A stretch of 64,000 bases of DNA, taken from contig CAWGMQ010000010.1 in NCBI GenBank assembly GCA_963823665.1, forward strand, positions 1,536,001 to 1,600,000, written 5' to 3'. The DNA is from an uncultured Planctomycetota bacterium (GTDB lineage Bacteria; Planctomycetota; Planctomycetia; Isosphaerales; Isosphaeraceae). Each line of letters begins with the position of its first letter. The first letter of the stretch is position 1. Positions 49,841 to 61,324 of the stretch are shown piece by piece. Made by a program: the position numbers and the translations under genes. A model generated the notes under the pieces. That model did no database searches. It saw only the letters and a program-made list of their open reading frames with translations, and was not told the origin of the DNA.

Positions 49841-52693
49841 TCAACCAGCCGTGACGCCCTTCGCCTTCGGCAGGATCGTGAAAACCGTATCGCTCGAGTC
49901 CAGCAAGACACCCGCGGTGCTGCTGACGCCGTTCGGGGCCGAGGCGATGACCGCGATCTCGCCGCCCTTCGGAAACGTCGGCTTCCGCTTGAGCGTCAAG
50001 GTGACGGAGTTGGTCGAGTGGCTATAGGCCGCCGTGAACTTGACCGGATGGAGGACCTTCATCTTATTCTTGCTTCGCTTGATGACCCCTGTATCGACCT
50101 GGTAATTGGCGGTGAGCCCGGCTGTCGTTGGATCCATCGCAGTACTGAAATCGAGCGCGAATCCGACAAAGACCGGCTTGCCCACCGGCTTTCCCTTCTT
50201 GTTCGTCTTCTGTTTCGTGACAACCCGCTCGAGAACGACCGTCGGCGCCGGGGGCGCGAGGCCGCTCTCAAAGGCGCCGATATCAAGCGTGCCATTGACA
50301 ACGCGCGCAGATCCGCGCTGGTCGGTCGTGATACCCGGAGGGATGAGGGCGACACTTCCGGTGGCAATTGCGGGACTGCCGGCGAGGAGGGCCATGGTCT
50401 CGGTGGGTCCGCCGTTATTCTGCAACGTGCCGAGGAGCGGATTGAGGTTGAGAAGGTCCGTGGCCACAAAACCGCTGCCACCCGATGAGTCGCCGATGAG
50501 GTTGTAGCCCTTGCTGCTGACGGTTCCGTCAACATCAGCCCCGGTCTGGGCGGTGTTCATGGCGACAATCGTGTTGGCCAGAGTCAGCGTGCCCCGGTAG
50601 GCGATGATGCCGCCGCCGATACCAGCCGAGTTGCCCGATAACGTGGAGTTGGTGATCTTCCCCGTACCACCGTCGATATAGATACCGCCGCCCGAAACCG
50701 AAGCAGAATTGTTCGAGAGCGTGGAGTCGGTGACCGTCAGCGTGCCAGCGCTCCATATGCCGCCGCCGGAGCCGCCGGGGGCCGAGTTTCCCGAGATGGT
50801 GCAGTTATTGACCGCCAGCGTGCCAAGGTTAAAGATGCCGCCGCCGCCGTCGCCAAATTCGCCGGAGCCACCGGGTGCCGAGTTGCCCGAGATGGTGCAG
50901 TCGGCGACCGTCAGCGTGCCAGCGTTCGTGATCCCGCCGCCGTATGAGGAACCGCCGCCATCGGCGATGGTCAGTCCGGTGATGGTCGCGGTCACGAGCT
51001 CAGCGACGTTGAACACCATCTTGACCTTCTTGCCGCTGACCGTCAGATTGCTCGCGCCACGGCCGTGTATCTGGACGTCCCTGCTGATCACCGGCAACGG
51101 GGTCGCCAGACTGATCAAGCCGCTGGTCATGAAGGTGATGACGCTGCCTCCGAACAAGTTGGCCTGAGTCAGGGCGTAGCGCAGAGATCCGCCACTGCTG
51201 CTGTCACTCGTATTGGAGACCTGGAACACCTGAACTTCGAATGCACCAATATCAACGGTGCCATTCTCGGTGCGCGAAGCTCCGCGCTGGTCAGTTGTGA
51301 TGCCCGAGGGAACGAGGGCGACATCACCCGCGGCGATGGCGGGGCTGCCGGGCAGCAGGGCCAAGGTCTCTGCAAGTCCGCCGTTATCCTGCAACGGGCC
51401 GAGGAACGGATTGACGTTGAGCAGGTCCGTCGCCACGAAGCCGCCGCCGCCCGACGAGTTGCCGATGAGGTTAAATCCCAGGCTGGTGACGGATCCGTAA
51501 ATATCAGGTGCCGGCGAGCCAGTGTTGCCCGCGACGATCGTGTTGGCGACCGTGAAATGGCCCCCGCCTAGGGCGGAGCGGTTTTCGATGCCGCCGCCGA
51601 CCCCTGAAGCCGAGTTGCCCGCGATCGTGCAGTCGGCGACGGTTATCGAGCCACTGTTATAGATGCCGCCGCCTCCCTCGGCCGAGTTGCCCGAGATCGT
51701 GCAGTTCGTAAGCGTCCCCCCGCCACCGTTACTGAGGTCGCTAGAGATCGCACCGCCGGAACTGGCGTAATTGCCGGAGAAAGTGGAGTTGGTGACCGTC
51801 ATCGCGCTAATGCTATCGATGCCGCCGCCCCAGCCGCTGCCAGAGACCGAGTTGCCCGTGATCGTGCAGTCGCTGACGATCAGCTCGCCGGCCAATTGAT
51901 AGAAGCCGCCGCCGCCGCCCGGATAGAGAAGGCCGGCGCCCGTTGCCGAGTTGCCCGAGATCGTGCAGTCGGTGACATTCACGGTGCCATCGAAGATACT
52001 CATGCCGCCGCCGGGTCCGTTCGGGGCCGAGTTGCCCGAGATCGTGCAGTTGGTGGCCGTCAGCGTGCCCCTGTTAGAAATGCCGCCGCCGTAACGGTTG
52101 GGGGACGAGTTGCCTGAGATGGTGGAGTCGGTGACCGTCAGCGTGCCAATGTTAAAGATGCCGCCGCCACCGTAAGTGAAGCCGGTGCCGTTGGGTGCCG
52201 AGTTCCCCGAGATCGTGCAGTTCGTCACCGTTAGCGTGCCAAAGTTCGCGATACCGCCGCCGCCGGATTGAGTGTTACCGTGGGCGATGGTCAGTCCCTC
52301 GATGGTCGCGGTCGCGCCTCCACTGACGTTGAACACGTTGCTGGCATCGTTGCCGCTGATGGTGAGGATGCCGGCGCCCGGGCCTTCGATGACCAGGTCC
52401 TGGTGCGGTTTGAAATCCAGATCGCCGCCCGTCAGCGTGATGGTACCCGTGACATCACTCGCAAACGTGATCGTGTCCCCTGGGCTGGCACTGCTGATCG
52501 TGTCGCGCAACGATCCGGCGCCGCTATCGTTGGTGTTGTGGACGATGTCGGTGGTGAGCAAGGTTCGACCTTCCAGGACTTCGAGCCGCGGACGGGAAGA
52601 CCGGCGGCCGCCCGGAGTGTGCCGCCGTCCGGGGCGGCCGCGCTCGCGGAAGAAACTCGTGATCCCGGCTGAGAGGACAGTTGAAATCGGCAT
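49841..52693 (-). CDS. Beta-helix (GGGI/ISGNSA repeat) surface protein with two choice-of-anchor-Q-like modules
   Basis: RPRLEVLEGRTLL leader; GSLR twice; LG.LQ.NGG..ET.ALL.GSPAI..DQRG..DIGAFE twice. Confidence 0.88.
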   Translation of the reverse strand: MPISTVLSAGITSFFRERGRPGRRHTPGGRRSSRPRLEVLEGRTLLTTDIVHNTNDSGAGSLRDTISSASPGDTITFASDVTGTITLTGGDLDFKPHQDLVIEGPGAGILTISGNDASNVFNVSGGATATIEGLTIAHGNTQSGGGGIANFGTLTVTNCTISGNSAPNGTGFTYGGGGIFNIGTLTVTDSTISGNSSPNRYGGGISNRGTLTATNCTISGNSAPNGPGGGMSIFDGTVNVTDCTISGNSATGAGLLYPGGGGGFYQLAGELIVSDCTITGNSVSGSGWGGGIDSISAMTVTNSTFSGNYASSGGAISSDLSNGGGGTLTNCTISGNSAEGGGGIYNSGSITVADCTIAGNSASGVGGGIENRSALGGGHFTVANTIVAGNTGSPAPDIYGSVTSLGFNLIGNSSGGGGFVATDLLNVNPFLGPLQDNGGLAETLALLPGSPAIAAGDVALVPSGITTDQRGASRTENGTVDIGAFEVQVFQVSNTSDSSSGGSLRYALTQANLFGGSVITFMTSGLISLATPLPVISRDVQIHGRGASNLTVSGKKVKMVFNVAELVTATITGLTIADGGGSSYGGGITNAGTLTVADCTISGNSAPGGSGEFGDGGGGIFNLGTLAVNNCTISGNSAPGGSGGGIWSAGTLTVTDSTLSNNSASVSGGGIYIDGGTGKITNSTLSGNSAGIGGGIIAYRGTLTLANTIVAMNTAQTGADVDGTVSSKGYNLIGDSSGGSGFVATDLLNLNPLLGTLQNNGGPTETMALLAGSPAIATGSVALIPPGITTDQRGSARVVNGTLDIGAFESGLAPPAPTVVLERVVTKQKTNKKGKPVGKPVFVGFALDFSTAMDPTTAGLTANYQVDTGVIKRSKNKMKVLHPVKFTAAYSHSTNSVTLTLKRKPTFPKGGEIAVIASAPNGVSSTAGVLLDSSDTVFTILPKAKGVTAG

Positions 52694-52725
52694 CACAGAC
52701 GTCTCCAGATCAAGCGATCGAAATG

Positions 52726-54004
52726 TCAGAAACCTGCGGTGCAACTCAAAATGAAGGAGCGAGACCGCTCCATCGCCCCGGAAATGAGAGGTTGAATCAC
52801 CGATTCGACGTCTGGTCTGAGCCGAAAGACCCGCTCGAAGTCGGCCCGCAATTCCTCGAGTGGCTCACCCATCAGTATTCGCGTCAATCCCCGCCGGCAC
52901 AGAGCCGTGATGTCGTTCGGGTTGATCCGCAGGTGCTTGTTGCAGTTTTTCAGGACCGCGGCCGCGTCGTGGTGCAAGTCGTCGACGAGCATCCCAAGAA
53001 TCTCGCGAGCGGCAAGCGGAGCGTTAACCCGCAAGACGTGTAAATAGTCGGTGAAGGCCAGCGGATCCCGCGCGTGATAACGGGCGTTGCCGCGAGAAAT
53101 GTGGGCTACCAGCAGCTCGGGATCGATTTCCAGCGCCTGATCGTAATCGGCGATAGCACCTGCGAAATCATTCATGAGGATGCAGGCCCCGCCCCGATTG
53201 TGATAAATCGGTGCGGCGGCGTGCCGCGGAGTCTGCTCGATGGCCAGGTTAAAGTCTTCGATCGCACCCGCCAGGTCGCCTCGAGCCTTCCGCGCCGTCC
53301 CGCGATTGGCGTAGGTGGGAACGTGGCTCGGATCGATGGCGATGGCCCGGTCGAAGTCGGCCAGTGCGCCAGCCGTATCGCCCTGCGCCTGGCGCAGCGC
53401 CTCGGTTATGGTAGATGACCGCGGCGAAGCGAGTGGGAGTCAACTCGAGCGCCCGATCGAAATCCGCGATCGCGTTCGACAGATCCGTGCGCTCGACACC
53501 AGAGACAATCCGGTCATGAAACGCCTGCGGAAAAGCGCCAGGGGACAGCATCGCCAGGGCGTGGCGCGCGGCACCGCGGTTGCTGTAGGCCTCGGCGTAA
53601 CCAGGGTTGAGGGTGAGGGCTCGATCGAAGCATCGGATCGCGCTGACCAGGTCACCCTGCGCCTGCAAGGTCACACCGCGGTTGTTATGGGCCTCGGCGT
53701 AAAGCGGGTTGATCGTGACGGCGCGATCGAAATCTGCGAGAGCGCAGGACGCCTCGCCCTGTGCGTGTCTCAACACGCCGCGGTTGCTATGCGCCTCCGC
53801 GTATCCCGGGTCAATGGCGATCGCTCGGTCGAAGTCGGCGAGTGCGCCAACGAGGTCGCCGCTCAATTGACGGGTAAGGCCCCGGTTATTATACGCGGCT
53901 GCGCAACCCGCGTTGATCGCGACGGCCTGATCGAAATCGGCGATGGCACCGAGCAGGTCGCCTTGCAGGTGCCGTGCCGTGCCACGATTGAAATAAAAGC
54001 TCAA
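52726..54004 (-). CDS. TPR protein (frameshifts near 53395 and 53200)
   Basis: NNRG..GD..GA.ADFD.A..I.P repeats across three frames. Confidence 0.8.
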
Positions 54005-56652
54005 CCCAACCTCCGCGCCAGGATTTTGATTTTGACAAACCGGTCGCCCGCAGCGGCGTTAAAGTCGATCTTCTCCCTGGACTGGGAAACCGCGTAGTAC
54101 AGGTTCGAGTCCGAGAGGCTGCCGTTGTGGCCCAGCATCGTGTTGCGAGAGTCATTCGAGTGCACTTTGCTCGCGTTCAACACGGGCACACCATGACCAT
54201 GCCGTCCGACGACAGGGGATCCGTTGAGCAAGATGTTGACTCGTTTCTTGAAGGTGCCCGTCCCTTCAGACCAGAACTTCATGATGGCGACCAGGTCGTG
54301 AGCGTCCTTCTCGTTGTCGTAGCGGGTGGTGCCGCCGATCAGGATGTCATCGCGACCGCCGCCCCGGAGCGTGCTCGCCGACGGCCCCGCGATGAGCAGA
54401 TTGGTACGGTCGTCGCCACCGGTGAGCACGTCGCCCCCATTGCCGACCAGGATGTTGTAGAAGCCTCCTCCGCCGCCATGCGCGCCGATCACGTTCTTGA
54501 TGCCCAGCACGCCGCCGTCGACCGCGGTGGCCTGCCGCGTCAAAAGGTTGACGACAACGTCCGACGGCGTGCTCCCTTCGTACTGAGAGTAGTCCAGCGT
54601 GTCATCGCCGTCGCCGTTGATCACGCCCGTGATTTCCGCTCCGTTCTCGATGGCAAAGGTATTCGAGGCCCCGCCCCCGAGCAGGCTGCCGAATCCTGAA
54701 AACGTCAGGCCTTGGCCCGGAATGGCGCCGGAGTTGGACCCCGTGATATCCCACGTCGTTGCCGCGTCCGGGCCCACCAAAAAGTCGTCGCCGGCGCCGA
54801 CCACCTTGGTGCTCGTGCTCGTGCCGCTGACAGTCATCGTGCAGTTCGTGCCGCAGTAGACTGCGAGCGAGCTCAGTTCTTTGCCCGTGTAAAAGATCGG
54901 TGCCGGGGAAAGCCCGGTGATGGACGTGCCGCTGATCGTCGCCGATTCATTCGAATCGTCACGTTTGTCATCGAGCGTCAGCGTGCTGTGGCCCGAGGTG
55001 TTCGTGAGCGTGACTGTCCCGGTAATCGAGGCCAGCGTGCCGCTCAGGCTCGGCGCCTGGCTGCCGATGTTGACCGTGTCCTGCCCCTCGAAGGCCGCGT
55101 TGTTGCCGTCGATGACCAGATCGCCCGTGGTGCCCTGCACGTTGATCGTGTCAGTGCCGCTGCCGGTGGCGATTGTGGTGGTCGGGTGAATGAGCGATTG
55201 ATTGGTAGGCGTCCCAAGAACCTGGAACGTAACAGCGCTGCCGCCCTTGATGGTCAAAGACATCAGCGTGCCGCTGTTGAAGGTGATCGCGGCAGGTGCC
55301 AGGTTGAGGATCGCGTCTTCCTTGACCATCACGTCACTCAGATCCGTTGTATCGGCCGAGTCATCAACCGTGAGCGCTTCGGAAGCCGGTAGAGCCGCGA
55401 TCGAGATCGGAGCGTTGATCCCCCCAGCGCTGCCGTTGTCACCGATGTTGATGGAAGCTTGAGCGGAGTTTTGGACATTGACCGGAGTGACCGTGTTCAA
55501 GATGTTGACCGTGTCGGGGCCGTACACCCCTGTATTCGATATGACGCCTTGGTCGAAATGGAAGATCGCGCCCTCCAGGTTCACGGCCACGCCGCCGTTG
55601 GCCACGTCGAGCGAGATTGTGCCGCTCTGCCCCGAATTCTGGCCGCCCAGGACTTCCAGATTGGAATTTCCCAGGTAAACCGGCGTTGACGGCTGTGTGT
55701 TCCAGTTCGGGTACAGATAAAGGTTTTGCCCGCTGTCGTCGGGTACGATGAACCCGTTAAAGCTGATCGACCAGTACGCCTGCACCAGAACTGAATCATA
55801 CAACCGATAGGTGTATCGACCGCCGTCCGGTTCGTTATCCGCGATCTGCGACTCGAAGTTCTCGCCCGTGATGTTGTCCGCGGCGTTCATGTAAATCCCG
55901 GTGCCCCCGGATGAAATCCGTTCCACCAGCTCGTGGGAGAAAGAGTCAGAGAAGTTATCCACACTCCCCTGGCCGTCGATCCAGATGTGGTTCATGGCAT
56001 ACTGCAGACCCGCTGCTCCGTAGGGCGCGTAGGTGTCCATGCCGTTGCCGCTGTCAAAGCAGCAGTTATCAAAAACGTCGACATAGATGGGCGATTGCGG
56101 TGCGCCCGGCCAGAAGTTGTCATAATTCAAGATCGTGGACGCCCCTGGTTTCTCCCACGAGGCGATGCCCGGGACGAAGCTGTTAATCTCTTGCGTGGCC
56201 GCGACCGGAGGGCTCACAACGCTCGGCGAAGGAGGATCGGAAATGTCCAGGGCGTAGCCGCCGAAAGTCGCTGTCCCATCGCTGCCGTAGTCTTTCAGCC
56301 CGGAAAGGTATGGCGAGCCGATGATGGCCTTGGCTGCGCTCACATCCGCCGAGATCGCGTCGGGGGTCCAGCTTCCCCCCCAGAAGATGAGGTAGACCGT
56401 GGGGTTGTTCAAGACGTACGGATTGTTGGTGATCGGTGCCGTCACGAGCGCATTCGCCGGCTGGTGAGCCGGATTGTTCGGCCACCAGTGAATCGTGTCG
56501 CCGCCCAACGGTGATTCAAACACCACCGTCAAGACCGTTCGATCCTCGAGTTGCTGGAGCCCGAGCGGATGCTTGCGGCTGAACTTTCCAGCCGCAATCG
56601 CGCGGCGCCGACCGCCAGAGCCATGACGCAAACGCTGGAAGAGGGTCGCCAT
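54001..56652 (-). CDS. Large exported protein: LEDRTVL leader, SHELVE domain, beta-rich repeats, RTX-like C-terminus
   Basis: QQLEDRTVL; VYLIFWG..SHELVE; NILVGNGGD.LTGG..GGGRDDILIGG. Confidence 0.8.
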   Translation of the reverse strand: MATLFQRLRHGSGGRRRAIAAGKFSRKHPLGLQQLEDRTVLTVVFESPLGGDTIHWWPNNPAHQPANALVTAPITNNPYVLNNPTVYLIFWGGSWTPDAISADVSAAKAIIGSPYLSGLKDYGSDGTATFGGYALDISDPPSPSVVSPPVAATQEINSFVPGIASWEKPGASTILNYDNFWPGAPQSPIYVDVFDNCCFDSGNGMDTYAPYGAAGLQYAMNHIWIDGQGSVDNFSDSFSHELVERISSGGTGIYMNAADNITGENFESQIADNEPDGGRYTYRLYDSVLVQAYWSISFNGFIVPDDSGQNLYLYPNWNTQPSTPVYLGNSNLEVLGGQNSGQSGTISLDVANGGVAVNLEGAIFHFDQGVISNTGVYGPDTVNILNTVTPVNVQNSAQASINIGDNGSAGGINAPISIAALPASEALTVDDSADTTDLSDVMVKEDAILNLAPAAITFNSGTLMSLTIKGGSAVTFQVLGTPTNQSLIHPTTTIATGSGTDTINVQGTTGDLVIDGNNAAFEGQDTVNIGSQAPSLSGTLASITGTVTLTNTSGHSTLTLDDKRDDSNESATISGTSITGLSPAPIFYTGKELSSLAVYCGTNCTMTVSGTSTSTKVVGAGDDFLVGPDAATTWDITGSNSGAIPGQGLTFSGFGSLLGGGASNTFAIENGAEITGVINGDGDDTLDYSQYEGSTPSDVVVNLLTRQATAVDGGVLGIKNVIGAHGGGGGFYNILVGNGGDVLTGGDDRTNLLIAGPSASTLRGGGRDDILIGGTTRYDNEKDAHDLVAIMKFWSEGTGTFKKRVNILLNGSPVVGRHGHGVPVLNASKVHSNDSRNTMLGHNGSLSDSNLYYAVSQSREKIDFNAAAGDRFVKIKILARRLG

Positions 56653-56840
56653 CGGAGAGTCTCCTGTCGTGGTGGAAGCGAGGGCTCTCTTCGTGGAAGT
56701 GCAGTTGCCCCGACGTGCGCATCTATCGTGATAACCGCGCGGCGCGGCGGATTGTCCACAGACGCGACGTTTCCTACCGCTGCTTTTCCGAACGATGCAG
56801 CGCGCAACCAGGTTGGACCCGATCAAGGGGGGCGCCGGTG

Positions 56841-59800
56841 CTACCGCGGATCGGCGAAGACGTTGTCCGGGAGTTCAACGAGCGGAACGGCAAGGACGGC
56901 CTCGGCTTCGGCTCGGAAGGCTGCGAGCTGACCGCCTCGTCGCGCGCCGAAGGAAGTTCGCTCCTCGGGCCTTCGCGCATAGGGGTCGCCGTGGTCGCGC
57001 ATCCAGCCCGCGGCGCGCTCGAAGCAGGCGCGCGCTGATCTCAGCGCGGCCCAGCCGGTGATGACTCATGGCGAGGAAGAGGAGGTCGCAGGCGAGGGTC
57101 TCGTCATGGCCGGCGGCGGCGTTGCGCTCGAGGATGCTGATCGACTCGGAATACTGGCCCGTGCGATACAGCGTCACGCCCAGCGTGCTCACGCAGACTG
57201 GATCCCACGGACAGAGCTCGACCGCCCGGCGGGCCAGTGCCATCGCCCGCGTGAGATCGCGCCCTGGCTCGCGCCCGGTCGCCAGCTCCCAGGCGGTCAC
57301 GGTGCAAACGTCGGACAGCCATTTTGGGAACAGACGCTCTTCGGGGTCGAGCTCAAGCGCGGCTTCCCAGTCATTGATCGCCGCCTCTTTTTTTCCATGC
57401 TGTTCTTGGATGACTCCCCGTAGGGCCAGAAGGTGCGCGTCGCGTGGCCGCAGGCGAATCGCATGGGTGACGGCCTCGATCGCTTCGGAAGCTCGCCCCA
57501 TTTTCAAAAACGCATGAGCCCGGATGTGGTAGGCGTGGGCGTCATCGGGATGTCCCTTCAGTCGCTCGGCGTAGCCGTCGAGCAGCACTTCGGGAGAGAT
57601 GTTCACGACCTCGAGCTCGTCGGCCAGCGATCCGTAGTCGATCGAGAGCCGAGGTAGCGGCGGCGCCTTGGAATCGCCAGGGTCGTCGCCGGAATAGGCC
57701 GGCGCACCCCAGTCGAGGCCGATTGCGTCGAGATGCTTGCGAATGGCGCGGAGGTTCCATTCCTGCACGCCAGCCGCGTCGGCGTTATTCACGACCAGGC
57801 GCGACCCGTCGGGGCTGAACGTTGCCCCCGACACGTCGCCCAGGTCGGGGATGGTCAGCCGCGCCAGCGTTTTGCCCGTCTCGATCTCGACCAGTCGCAG
57901 AATCTTGTCCGCATCCTTCACGACGAGCATCCGGCCATCGGGCGAAAAACACATGCCTTCGCCTCCGATCTTCCGCCCCGCGCGCCAGGTTCCGACTTCC
58001 CAGAACCGGCATGGCGGATTCAGATTCATCAGCCATTTCCCGTCGGGGCTGAATTGAACCCGCACGACACCATCGATCGCCAGCTCGCGCACGCGCGTCG
58101 CATCACGCACTCGCCAGATCTGGGCGCCGATACGACCATGGCTGCCGGTCGCGATCCATTCTCCGTCCGGGCTGACGGCAACATGGCGGACCTCGTCGAG
58201 CTGCCTGAGCTGAAACACCCGTTCGGGGGTGCAGACGTGGGCACAGTCGATGTCGGCCAGAGCCACGATCCGGCCAAGCCTGTCCGCTGCCAGCGCGAAG
58301 TACCCCGTCGCCAGGGGCAGCGTCTGTGGCGGGCCCACGCGGAATTCGCCGCGGCGAAGGTCGAGGTGCACCGGCCAGCGCCGCACGCCCGTCGCACCGC
58401 TCGTGAGCAACTCGCCGGAATCGTCGAATGTGAGCTGGAGGGTTTTGCCGATCGTCAGGAAGCCGATCTCCGCGCCCCTCGCCAGGTCCCAGAGCACCAC
58501 GCCGCGGCCGGTGCCGGCGGCCAGGATCCGGCCATCATGGCCAATCGACAGGCCCTCAAAATGGCCTGGCCCGGTCGTGACGCTCTGCAAGGTCCGAAAT
58601 TCGAGGGCCGGCTCCACCTGGTAGGCCGTGAGCCGCTCGCCCTGAGACAAGACGATTCGTCCGTCACGGCTGAAGTGACCAGAGATCAAGGAGTCGCCCG
58701 GCGCACCCGGCCAGCTCCCGCCTGAAATCGGGTCCCAGAGCCGCAGCCGCGATTCCCAGCCGTTGCTGGCCAGCAGGGTGCCGGCCGGGTGGAACCCCGG
58801 TCGCACGCCCCCGTTGGTATGGCCCTCGAGAGTCGCCCGCCGTACGCCCGTTGCTGCGTCCCAGAGATGGATCGTACGAGCGCGCACCGTCGCCAGCGTG
58901 GTACCGTCGGGACTCCACGCAACCCAGTCCCCGGGCCCGGCCAAAATGATCGACCGCACCAGCCCGCCGGTCTCGGTCTCGAGGATCTGGCAGGTCGGAG
59001 ATTTCTCGTCGTAAAGGATTGCGATCCGGGCCCCATCGCCGCGGAAGTCCAGGTCGTGTGCAGGCGTCGGCCCGCGCCACCGCCGGATGACCTGACCCGT
59101 CGCCAGGTCGTAGAGCCGCTCGCCGTCTTCGCGCGCCACCGCGATCCGGCGGCTGTCCGGGCTGAATCGCGTCGCGTGCATCCACGACACCGGGCCCGGG
59201 ACGTTCAAGACTTCCCTCCGCCGGGCGATATCCCAGACAGTCAGGGCGAAACCAGGAAAATGGTTCGTCGCCAGATATCGGCCGTCGGGGCTGAAACCGA
59301 AGACCTCGACGTTCCGATCACCGCGGGCCTGAAAATTGGCGACCTCCACGTCATCGGCAATGCGCAGCACGCGGATCGTGCCATCCGTGAACCGAAGCGC
59401 GTAAAGCGTCATCGTGGGATCGAAGGCCACCCATCCGGCGCCATCGGGCCTGAGGATGACCCGTCCGCCCGGCTCGGGTCTCAGGTCGGGCAGCACAGGC
59501 ACGCGATCGCCTCATCGCGGAGCGGGTCCAGCCGGTCGGGGGGCAGTTTCAGCTCGCGTGCGACCGTCGTGGCCCGCTCGATCGCCGCCAGGCCGTCGAA
59601 CCGCTGTCCAGCTTGCCGGCTGAACCGTTGGGCGCGGGCCCGGTCGTAAAGCGCCTGGAAGAGTTGTTCGCGAGCCAGGGTCTTCACTCGGCGTTCCTCG
59701 GCCTCGGACCGACTGACCCGGGACAGCACGGCGCTGATCGTGTTCCGCTGATCGCGAAACGTCCAGGCTGCGATCGATGCTCCAATCGCGAGGACGGTTG

Positions 59801-61286
59801 TCAGGACCGCCGCGGTGATACTGGCCGCGGCCAATCCGGGATTTCGCCGGCACCAGCGCCAGGATTGCTCGAGCGTCGTGGTCCGCCGCGCCCGGATCGG
59901 CCGGTCCTCCAGGAACCGTCCCAGGTCCTCACCCAGCGCCTTTGCCGTGGCATACCGAACTCCCGGCTCCTTCGCGATCGCCTTCAGGACGATCGTCTCC
60001 AGGTCGCGGGGGATCTTGGGATCGAGCTTTCGCGGCGCCTCCGGTGATTCGTGGAGCACCTTCTCGATCAGCTCGGACTGCCGCGTTGTGCCGAAAAGCG
60101 GCTCTAGCGTCAGCAGCTCGTAAAGAGTCACGCCCAGGCTATACACGTCGCTGCGGTGGTCAGACCATCCGTCAAATCGCTCCGGCGCCATGTAGCGAAC
60201 GGTCCCCACGATATCTCCCGTACGGGTCGGCCCATCGGAGCCCTCAACCTTGGCCAGGCCGAAGTCGGTGACCCACACGCGGCCGCCAATGTCCAGCATC
60301 AGATTCGACGGCTTGATGTCGCGATGGAGCACCCCCTGCTGGTGAGCGTAGCTGAGGGCGCCGGCGACCTGGGCCGCGATTCTCGCCACCGAGCGGTAGA
60401 ATTGCGATTCGGTCCCGAGCGAGGCCGACGACGTGTCGATCGCGTCCGAGCCTGCTTCCTCCCTCACCGGCTCTGCCGACGGCCAGAGGGTGCGGCCTGT
60501 GTGTTCGAAAGGCGGTGGGCCGTCGTTCGTGACGGTTGCCTCGTGCTGGGGCGACTCCACGCCTCCCGCGGCGGACGCACGTGCGCCGCCGCCCGGCTCC
60601 CATTTCGTGAACGTGCCGGCTGCAAGCGACCGGGCCAGGGCCATCGAGCTGCTGGGAACAGAAGGTGCACGCAGCGTCGGCCGCTCCGATCGCAGCGCTC
60701 GATCGTCGTCGGCGAGGCCGCGCAGCCGCCGCAGGTCGTCCACGATCGCGTCCATGCCGTGCCCATGAATGAACTGCATCGCATAGTAGTGCACTCCCTC
60801 GTGCTCTCCCACGCCGTAGACCGGCACAATGTTCCCATGGTGCAGTCGCCCCGCAGAGCACGCTTCGAGCTGGAACCGCTGGAGCTGCGTGAAGCTGACG
60901 CGCCCGGAGAGCGGCAGAATCTTGAGCGCCACATGGCGGCCCAGCGACTCCTGGATGGCCTCGTAGACGACTCCCATCCCCCCCCGCGCGACCTCCCGGA
61001 GTATCCGGAAATCGCCGAGCTGGCCTCGCGCGGGTTTGACGAGTTCGGTGGGAGAGCTCGACGCCGGGCCAGCACTGCCCGGTGTGTCTTCGGCGACCGG
61101 TTTGACTCGTTCCATCACGACGAGCGCGGGGAAGAGATCGACGATCGCCTCAGCCAGATCTGGGTATTTGCGGGTATACTCCGAGAGCGAGGGACACTCC
61201 CCCCGTCGCCGCCGCTCCACGAATTCCTCGGCCAGCACCTCGACGGGGTTGCGGTCCGCGTCGCAGCTCAGATCGGACTCGGCCAT
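56841..61286 (-). CDS. Ser/Thr protein kinase with WD40 and TPR repeats (frameshifts near 59500 and 57030)
   Basis: [31 protein letters not shown] and SDVYSLG; FSPDG repeats; final frame ends [11 protein letters not shown]. Confidence 0.92.
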
Positions 61287-61324
61287 GCCTCACCCTCCTC
61301 GCTCGGCGAACCTGAAGAGAAGGA

